Below, one piece after another: positions 57,380 to 64,000 of a stretch of 64,000 nucleotides of DNA; position 1 is the stretch's first letter; the number at the start of each line of letters is the position of its first letter. A program made the translations under genes and the position numbers. Origin of the DNA: an uncultured Microthrixaceae bacterium (GTDB lineage Bacteria > Actinomycetota > Acidimicrobiia > Acidimicrobiales > VFJN01); contig OY970242.1 in assembly GCA_963715505.1 (NCBI GenBank), positions 1,439,166-1,503,165 of the forward strand, given 5' to 3'. Below the pieces are notes generated by a model. It made no database searches. It saw only the letters and a program-made list of their open reading frames with translations, and had not been told where the DNA came from.

Positions 57380-57810
57380 CGCAGCAGCGCCCCCTGCAGC
57401 TCGGCCCGCAGCTCGGGCGTGAGCACCGCCCCGGCACGTTCGACGAAGACGGCCATCTCGTAGCCGACGAGGCCGATGTCGCAGCGGACGTCGGCCACCG
57501 CGGCGAGCGAGGAGCCGTCGCTGATCCCCGTCACCAGCAGGAACACGTGCTCCATCTCCACGATGACCTCGTGCACACGGCCCCCGCCGACGCGGCCGGC
57601 TGCACCGTAGGCGAGGCCGATCAGGCCGGAGGCCACGGCCGAGAAGCGGTCGGCGGCGTCGCGGTCCACGCCGTCGGACACGGCCATCGGCAGGCCGTCC
57701 GCCGACAGCACCACGGCCTCGTTGAGGCCGGGCACCTTGCGCACGAGGGCGTTCAGGAGCCAGCCGAGGTTCTCGGCGTCGGCGCTCAGGGCCTGGTTCG
57801 TGTCGCTCAT
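57376..57810 (-). CDS. roadblock/LC7 domain protein (CvnB/MglB-like)
   Basis: Its ATG at 57808-57810 overlaps the kinase stop (ATGA), with GGAGGAGG upstream. NLGWLLNALVRKVPGLNEAVVLSADGLPMA. Confidence 0.85.
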   Translation of the reverse strand: MSDTNQALSADAENLGWLLNALVRKVPGLNEAVVLSADGLPMAVSDGVDRDAADRFSAVASGLIGLAYGAAGRVGGGRVHEVIVEMEHVFLLVTGISDGSSLAAVADVRCDIGLVGYEMAVFVERAGAVLTPELRAELQGALLR

Positions 57811-60122
57811 GTCGGGTCCTCCTCCGCGGCGCCGCCCCGGTCCCGCCCGGCGCGCAGGCCCGAGCGGTAGCGCGACAGCAGGGCGCGGACCTCGTCGGGA
57901 CTGCGTCGTGCCACCGCTCGGCCCGCGACAGCCGCCGCGTCGCCCGCCCGCCCGAGCAGCGCCGCGACCGGCGGCTCCACCAGGGGCCGGTGGCCGGCGC
58001 CGTCGAGCAGCTCGAGCAGACCGGCCTCGAGGTGCGCCCCGGTGGGGACCGTGTCGCGCAGGGAGGCCGGAGCGTGCGCCTGCGGCGCCTCGATGCGCGA
58101 CGCGCCGCCACGCGGTCGATCCACGGGTTGGGGTGCTGCCGCTGCAGGGCTGCCCCAGTCGTCGAGCCATGGGTCGCTCACCGCTGTGCCGCTGGTGGCG
58201 TCCTCGTCGGGCGGGTCTGCGACGGGAGCCACGGAGGGCTCGTCCACCACGAGCAGGGACGTCGGCACGACGACGTGGGCGACGACACCGCACGGGTCGC
58301 CGTGGCGCAGGCGCACGGTGATCCCGTGGCGCGCCGCCAGGCGCCCCGCCACGAGGCAGCCGAGGGAGCGGCCCAGGGCGAGGCCCGTCACGGGCGGCGC
58401 GTGGAGGATCGCGTTCATCTCCTCCAGCTGCTCGGGCTCGAGCCCGACGCCGCGGTCGGTGATCGTCAGCTGGTAGCCCCCCGCCCCGAGCACGGCCTCG
58501 ATGCGAACGGTCGACTCCGGGGGCGAGAACGAGGTGGCGTTCTCGATGAGCTCGGCGAGGATGTGGGCGACGTCGCTGACGGCCGGCCCGTGGAGGGTGG
58601 CCCCCGGCAGGTCGGCGATCTCCACGCGGTGGTAGTCCTCGACCTCGCTCAGCGCGGCGCGCACGGCGTCGATGGCCGGCACCGGGCGCGCGCGCCTGGT
58701 CCCCGACTCGGCGCCCGCCAGCACGAGGAGGCTCTCGGCGTTGCGGCGCATCCGCGTGGCCAGGTGGTCGAGGAGGTAGAGGTGCTCGAGCACCTCGGGG
58801 TCCTGCTCGCCACCCTCGAGGCGGTCGAGCAGCTGGATCTGGCGCTCGATGAGGGCCTGGTTGCGCCGGGCGAGGTTCACGTACAGGTCGCTGATCCCCT
58901 TGCGGAGCAGCGCGGACTGCTGCCCGGCGACCTCGACCGCCACCGACTGCACGGCGTTGAACGCCGTGGCGAGGTGGCCCAGCTCGTCGTCGGAGCGGAC
59001 CTCGACGGCTTGCATCGCCGCGCTGAGGTAGCGCTCGTCCTCGTCGCTGGGGTGGCGAAGCGCCTCGACGAGGCGCGGCAGGCGCTCCCCCGCGAGGTGG
59101 TCCGCCGCTGCGGTGAGCCGCCGCAGGGGCTGCGTGATCGACCGCGCCGCGAGCAGGGCGAGACCGAGCGCGAGGAGCAGCCCGCCACCGGCGAGGGCGA
59201 GGTAGGCGGTGCTCGCCTGACGCGCATCGGCGCCCACCCGCGCCGTGGCCTGCAGCGCGTCGGCGGCTTGGTCGAGCTCGACCGCGCGGAGCACCGCCTG
59301 CCGGCCGGCGGCCAGCTCGACCCAGGTGTCGAGGTCGCCGAGCGCTGCGATGCTCTCCTCGCGCACGACGGCGTCGACGATGCGCCCCGAGGTCGTGGCG
59401 GCGCCGGCACCGACGGCGCTGCGGCGCTCGATGCGCTCGCCGACGGGAGCGCTGGCCAGGTAGGCGGTGCGGAACGCCTCCTCGTCGGCGCGCAGCGTGG
59501 TGAGGATCCGCACCTGGTCGCCGCGCAGCTCGCCCCATGCGCCCGCAGCGGCGAGCTGCGCCGCCTGGGTCGAGGCGGCCTCCTTGGAGCGCGCCAGCAG
59601 CGCCACCTCGACGAGACCGCCGCCCATCCCCGCCTCGGCCACCGCTGCGCCGATGTCCTCTTGCAGGTCGAGCAGTGCGTCGAGTGCTGGGGCGAAGGGG
59701 TCCACCCACGGCACGATCGAGGCGGCGAGGTCCGTGGCGCTGCGGACGTCGCGCATCGAGCGCAGCTCGTCGCTGACCGTGATCGCCGCCGGCTCGAGGT
59801 CCGGCGCGCGCGACGCGATCCGCGCCAGCGCGAGCTGTGACGTCGCGATGCTCGCGTCGGTGACGGCGCGGTCGGCCTCGACGGAGGCCGCCGCCTCGGC
59901 GCTGCCAGCTCGCAGCGCGGCCGACGAGGTCCGCTCCGACTGGAGGGCATCGATCGTGGCCGCCAGGTCGCCGGCGGCCTCGGCGAGCGCGCCGGCGCGC
60001 TCCGCCTCGGACGCGGCCTGGCGCCGCTCGATGAGCTCCGGTGCCGCCACGGCCAGGAGCAGCAGGAGCGGCACGGCGAGCACCGCGATCAGCCGGGTCC
60101 GGACGCTCAGCCTGCGCAGCAA
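57807..60122 (-). CDS. CvnA-like sensor histidine-kinase-type protein (NIT-like sensor + HAMP + HATPase_c, Pro/Ala-rich tail)
   Basis: TTG at 60120-60122 with GGAGGAG 9 nt upstream. N-terminal TM, a periplasmic helical domain, a second TM plus ITQPLRRL (HAMP), N-box ELIENA and G-box DRGVG. 771 aa. Confidence 0.85.
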   Translation of the reverse strand: MLRRLSVRTRLIAVLAVPLLLLLAVAAPELIERRQAASEAERAGALAEAAGDLAATIDALQSERTSSAALRAGSAEAAASVEADRAVTDASIATSQLALARIASRAPDLEPAAITVSDELRSMRDVRSATDLAASIVPWVDPFAPALDALLDLQEDIGAAVAEAGMGGGLVEVALLARSKEAASTQAAQLAAAGAWGELRGDQVRILTTLRADEEAFRTAYLASAPVGERIERRSAVGAGAATTSGRIVDAVVREESIAALGDLDTWVELAAGRQAVLRAVELDQAADALQATARVGADARQASTAYLALAGGGLLLALGLALLAARSITQPLRRLTAAADHLAGERLPRLVEALRHPSDEDERYLSAAMQAVEVRSDDELGHLATAFNAVQSVAVEVAGQQSALLRKGISDLYVNLARRNQALIERQIQLLDRLEGGEQDPEVLEHLYLLDHLATRMRRNAESLLVLAGAESGTRRARPVPAIDAVRAALSEVEDYHRVEIADLPGATLHGPAVSDVAHILAELIENATSFSPPESTVRIEAVLGAGGYQLTITDRGVGLEPEQLEEMNAILHAPPVTGLALGRSLGCLVAGRLAARHGITVRLRHGDPCGVVAHVVVPTSLLVVDEPSVAPVADPPDEDATSGTAVSDPWLDDWGSPAAAAPQPVDRPRGGASRIEAPQAHAPASLRDTVPTGAHLEAGLLELLDGAGHRPLVEPPVAALLGRAGDAAAVAGRAVARRSPDEVRALLSRYRSGLRAGRDRGGAAEEDPT

Positions 60123-60254
60123 TGTCCCCGCTCCTCCCCCCGGGGCGCGCGCCGCGCGCAGCCCGTGCGCTGGTTGTCGGCGTGCGAGACGGCGATCTTG
60201 AGGCCGGGAGCCCCCTGGGCACAGCGGTGCCGCCCGATGAGGCACGCTGGTCGC

Positions 60255-61560
60255 ATGGCCGACGCCCCGAACCCCCGCGACGCCGCCCGGCGCATGCTGA
60301 CGTTCATCGACGCGGCGCCGTCGCCGTTCCACGCCTGCGCCGAGGCCGCGGCGCGCCTCGACGCGGCAGGCTTCCGCGAGCTCGACGAGCGGGAGGCGTG
60401 GCCCGCCTCGACCGGACGCTGGTACCTCCGCCGGTCCGGCAGCCTCGTCGCCTGGGCGACCGCAGCGGGCCACGGGCCGGCGACGGGCTTCCGGATGATC
60501 GGCGCCCACACCGACAGCCCCAACCTCCGCATCAAGCCCCTCGCCGACTCGGGGCACCTCGGCTACCGGCAGCTGGCGGTCGAGGTGTACGGCGGGGCGC
60601 TGCTCAACTCCTGGCTCGACCGGGACCTGGGCCTGTCCGGGCGCGTGGTGGTGCGCGGCGAGGCGGGTCCCGAGGAGCGCCTGGTGCTGGTCGACCGGGC
60701 GCTGCTGCGCGTGCCACAGCTCGCCATCCACCTCGACCGGGAGATCTCGACCACAGGCCTCCAGCTCAACGCCCAGCAGCACCTCAGCCCCATCTGGGGC
60801 CTGGGGGATGCCACGCCCGACGGCTTCCGCGCCTTCGTGGCCGCGGAGCTCGGCGTCGCCCCGGGCGACGTCCTCGCGTGGGACCTCATGGCGCACGACC
60901 TGACGCCGAGCGCGTTCGTCGGGGCCGATGGCGAGCTCGTCAGCGCACCGCGCCTGGACAACCTGTGCTCCTCCTGGGCTGGCCTCGAGGCGATCGTCGC
61001 CGTGGCCGGCGACGGCGACGCCCCCCGGCAGATCCCCCTGCTGGTGCTCTTCGACCACGAGGAGATCGGCTCGACGTCCGATCGCGGCGCCGCTTCGGCG
61101 CTGCTGCCCGCCGTGGTGGAGCGCATCGTCGCCGGCCTCGGGGGCGGGCGTGAGGAGGTGCTGCGCGCGCTGGCGGCCTCGGTGTGCTGCTCGGCCGACA
61201 TGGCGCACGCCACCCACCCCAACTACGCGGACCGCCACGACCCGCGCCACCAGATCCGCCTCAACGCCGGACCGGTGCTCAAGGTCAACAGCAACGTCCG
61301 CTACGCGAGCGACGCCGCGCAGCGGCGCGCAGATGGTGCTGGCCTGCGAGCAGGCCGGCGTGCCGTTCCAGCGCTACGCCCATCGCAGCGACCTCCCGTG
61401 CGGCTCGACGATCGGGCCGCTCACGGCTGCGTCGCTCGGCGTCCCCACCGTCGACATCGGCGCGCCGCAGCTCGCCATGCACTCCGCCCGCGAGCTCTGC
61501 GGTGCCGACGACCCGGCGCACTACCGCGCGGCCATGGCCGCCTTCCTCGCCCCGAGCTGA
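60255..61560 (+). pseudogene. M18-family aspartyl aminopeptidase, one frameshift near 61318
   Basis: ATG at 60255. [27 protein letters not shown] and MAHATHPNY. After [10 protein letters not shown] the reading continues in the ORF 60928..61560 frame as [19 protein letters not shown]...GSTIGP...MHSARE...*. Confidence 0.85.
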
Positions 61561-61564
61561 GCGG

Positions 61565-62113
61565 GTGGACCCGGCGACGGCCCGTGCCGTGCTCGGGGTG
61601 GCCGCGCTCGACGGCTGGGAGGAGATCCGCGCCGCCTACCGGCGGGAGATCGGCCGGGCGCACCCGGACCGGGCCGGAGGCGACGGCAGCAGGGCGGCGC
61701 AGCTCAACGTCGCCTACGCCACGCTCGTCCGGGCACGTCGTTCCGGCGCGCTCGACGCCCGACCGCCGGGCCCAGCAGGCCCCGCTGCGCCGTCCACGCC
61801 GCCGGCCGCGGCTGCAGGGCCGCCGCCCGAGGTGCTCGACGGCCACACCGTGCACCTCGCGGTGCCCCCCGACGAGGCGTTCGTCCGGCTCGTCGAGGCC
61901 TGCCACCGGATCGGCGACGTCACCTACGTCGACCGCTCCTGCGCCATCCTCGAGGCGCTGGTGCGGGTCGAGGGCGAGGGCGTGTGCAGCCTCGTCATCT
62001 CGTTCCAGGGGCGCGCCCAGGGCACCGACGCCTTCTGCACGCTCGAAGCGATCGAGCGGGTCGCCTCGCCGCCGGTCCACGACGTGGTGGCCGCGCTCGT
62101 CGCCGCGCTGTGA
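61565..62113 (+). CDS. J-domain (DnaJ-like) protein with an uncharacterised C-terminal domain
   Basis: GTG at 61565 inside ORF 61184..62113. ARAVLGV...[20 protein letters not shown]...[11 protein letters not shown] carries the HPD motif. Confidence 0.7.
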   Translation: MDPATARAVLGVAALDGWEEIRAAYRREIGRAHPDRAGGDGSRAAQLNVAYATLVRARRSGALDARPPGPAGPAAPSTPPAAAAGPPPEVLDGHTVHLAVPPDEAFVRLVEACHRIGDVTYVDRSCAILEALVRVEGEGVCSLVISFQGRAQGTDAFCTLEAIERVASPPVHDVVAALVAAL

Positions 62114-62142
62114 AGGCGGTCCTGCGGCGGCAGACTGGGGCC

Positions 62143-62541
62143 ATGTCGAGCGAACGACCCATCCCCAGCGACGACGAGCTCCGCCAGCGCCTCACGCCCG
62201 AGCAGTACGAGGTGACCCAGAAGGGCGGCACCGAACGGGCCTTCACGGGTGCCTACGTGGACACCAAGGACCCGGGGACCTACCGCTGCATCGTCTGCGA
62301 CGCCGAGCTGTTCCGCTCGGACACGAAGTACGACTCCGGCAGCGGCTGGCCCAGCTTCACCGAGCCGATGGCGGGCGACGCCGTGCGACTGCTCGCCGAC
62401 ACCAGCCACGGCATGGAGCGCACCGAGGTCCGCTGCGCCCGCTGCGACGCCCACCTCGGCCACGTCTTCCCCGACGGCCCCGGCCCCAACGGCGAGCGCT
62501 ACTGCATGAACTCCGCCTCCCTCCAGCTCCACCCGGACTGA
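62143..62541 (+). CDS. msrB: peptide-methionine (R)-S-oxide reductase
   Basis: ATG at 62143. CIVCDAELF...GSGWPSF...[17 protein letters not shown]...RYCMNS, with two CxxC zinc pairs and a catalytic Cys. Confidence 0.9.
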   Translation: MSSERPIPSDDELRQRLTPEQYEVTQKGGTERAFTGAYVDTKDPGTYRCIVCDAELFRSDTKYDSGSGWPSFTEPMAGDAVRLLADTSHGMERTEVRCARCDAHLGHVFPDGPGPNGERYCMNSASLQLHPD

Positions 62542-62682
62542 GCCCGATGCACGCCGGGGCGGTGGACGAGCCGGAGCGCGATCGACGACCACGTCGCCGG
62601 GCGGACCGCCGGGGCCCCCGATCCGGGGCCCGTCGCGCCATCTCGCCCGTCGGCGGCGCCGCCACGTAGCGTTGCGACCTCT

Positions 62683-63873
62683 GTGAGCGAGCGAGCCCCC
62701 CGCCGGGACCAGCGGAAGGTCCACGTGCCCGCCCCCGGCAGCGCCGGCGGCGCGGCCCCGCCGCCGCGCCCCGGCACGCCACCGCAGCGCCCGGCGGCGC
62801 GTGCCGCCGTGCCCGTTGGCTCGCGGCCTGCGGAGGCGCCCGCTCCTGCCGACCGGCCCCGCGCCCGGCGCGCCCCCACCGCTGCCCCGCCCCGCTCGCC
62901 CGCGGGCCGGCGCCGACGCCTGCTCCCCCGCCGGCCACGCCTGCGACGCGTCCTGCTGCTCCTGCCGCTGATCCTGCCGGTGCTCCTGGCCCTGGGCGCG
63001 CTCGGTGGCTGGCTCTACGCCCGCGCCGTCTTCAACGACATCGAGCGCGTCGCCGTGGCCGACGTGCTCTCCACCGGCGGCGGCGGCACCAACTACCTGC
63101 TGGTCGGCTCCGACACCCGCGACGTGCAGGACATCATCGACGCGGGGCTGAACCCGGAGGCCTTCGAGGACGGCGGCGGGGAGCGCTCCGACACCATGCT
63201 CGTCCTGCGCTTCGGCGAGGGCGGCGCCAAGATGCTCTCGATCCCGCGCGACCTCTACGTGCCGATCGCAGGCACCGGCGGCTCCTCGAAGATCAACGCC
63301 GCCTACAACGGCGGGCCGACCCGGCTGATCCAGACGGTGCAGCAGTCGCTCGGGATCCCGATCCACCACTACCTCGAGGTCGACTTCGTGAGCTTTGCAT
63401 CGCTGGTCGACAGCCTCGGTGGCATCACGGTCGAGTTCCCGCACCCGGCGTTCGACGAGAGCTCCGGGCTCGACGTCGACCAGGCCGGTCCCGTCGAGCT
63501 CGACGGGCCGCAGGCGCTCGCCTATGTGCGGTCGCGCCACTACGTCGAGGTGGTCGACGGGCAGGAGCGGGCCGACGCCACGGCCGACCTCGGCCGCGTC
63601 CAGCGCCAGCAGCAGTTCCTCTCGGCGGTGTTCGGCGAGCTCGGCGACACCCGCAACCCGATCACGCTCGCCCGCGCCGTGGCCAGCGCCAGCGAGGGGC
63701 TCCGCATCGACGACCGCATGGGCCTCGTCGATGCGCTCCTGCTGGCCTGGCGGCTCCGCTCGCTCGACGCCGAGTCGGTGGAGCTGCCGGTGGAGATCGG
63801 GAGCAACCGCGCCGGCTCGGTGCTGTTCCTCGTGCAGCCCGACGCCGATGCGGTGCTGGCGCAGCTTCGCTGA
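62683..63873 (+). CDS. LCP-family (LytR-CpsA-Psr) cell-wall glycopolymer ligase
   Basis: GTG at 62683. Pro/Arg-rich cytoplasmic tail and a single TM. NYLLVGSD, RSDTMLVL, SIPRDLYV, KINAAY and ALAYVRSR. Confidence 0.9.
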   Translation: MSERAPRRDQRKVHVPAPGSAGGAAPPPRPGTPPQRPAARAAVPVGSRPAEAPAPADRPRARRAPTAAPPRSPAGRRRRLLPRRPRLRRVLLLLPLILPVLLALGALGGWLYARAVFNDIERVAVADVLSTGGGGTNYLLVGSDTRDVQDIIDAGLNPEAFEDGGGERSDTMLVLRFGEGGAKMLSIPRDLYVPIAGTGGSSKINAAYNGGPTRLIQTVQQSLGIPIHHYLEVDFVSFASLVDSLGGITVEFPHPAFDESSGLDVDQAGPVELDGPQALAYVRSRHYVEVVDGQERADATADLGRVQRQQQFLSAVFGELGDTRNPITLARAVASASEGLRIDDRMGLVDALLLAWRLRSLDAESVELPVEIGSNRAGSVLFLVQPDADAVLAQLR

Positions 63874-63887
63874 GGCGCGCCGGCGCG

Positions 63888-64000
63888 CTAGGCCGGGTAG
63901 GCGGTGACGTCGGAGGCCTTGACGCTGGCCCACACGGCGACTCCGGGACCGATCGCCAGCGCCGCCGAGGACGTGGCGGTGATCTCGGCCACGAGGGCGA
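63888..64000 (-). CDS. TOBE/Mop-domain C-terminus (molybdate-binding or ModC-like); 5' part lies outside the window
   Basis: The reverse strand reads ...ALVAEITATSSAALAIGPGVAVWASVKASDVTAYPA* with TAG at 63888-63890, a typical TOBE-domain ending. Confidence 0.5.
   Translation of the reverse strand, partial: ALVAEITATSSAALAIGPGVAVWASVKASDVTAYPA

Noticed and set aside
57811-60222. Upstream 800 codons of the 948-aa ORF 57376..60222, and the 907-aa ORF 35696..38419
   Set aside because: These are off-frame, Arg/Pro/Gly-rich readings of the sensor kinase and of membrane proteins A/B. Only the last 144 codons of the former (the roadblock protein) are genuine.

Overview
64-kb, roughly 72% GC chromosomal segment of Actinomycetota type, judged from its gene content: F420 FbiC, an LCP ligase, a conservon-like module, an AftD-like transferase, and many GTG/TTG starts with 4-nt start/stop overlaps. 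I can support about 60 protein genes. I found no rRNA, tRNA, CRISPR array, transposase or integrase. Most long ORFs in the six-frame track are Arg/Pro/Ala-rich antisense or off-frame shadows typical of high-GC DNA. I called genes from recognisable motifs and third-position GC. Layout: 1-32 kb holds housekeeping and metabolic genes. These are FbiC, a LOG-family protein, RNase D, acyl-CoA metabolism, an RpiR-controlled aldehyde dehydrogenase/aminotransferase operon, a Dpp/Opp-type peptide ABC transporter with a TetR regulator, cyclophilin and AlkA, plus a McrB-family GTPase with a partner gene at 2.8-4.7 kb. 32.6-57 kb is a dense cell-envelope glycan assembly island. It contains a UbiA-type polyprenyl-phosphate phosphoribosyltransferase translationally coupled to a GMC flavoprotein, two NAD epimerase paralogues and two paralogous polytopic membrane proteins. 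It also contains GT39-like, GT2, GT4 and Ppm1-like transferases, a GT2-methyltransferase fusion and a ~1430-aa AftD-like transferase. 57-60 kb carries a conservon-like sensor kinase/roadblock/DUF742 set without the usual GTPase. 60-64 kb carries an M18 aminopeptidase, a J-domain protein, MsrB, an LCP protein and a TOBE-domain fragment. At least 14 genes are interrupted by single-nucleotide frameshifts. I cannot tell from sequence alone whether these are consensus errors or genuine decay. The best candidate for something new is the UbiA-GMC-epimerase module, which looks like a non-orthologous replacement of the DprE1/DprE2 route to polyprenyl-phospho-arabinose.
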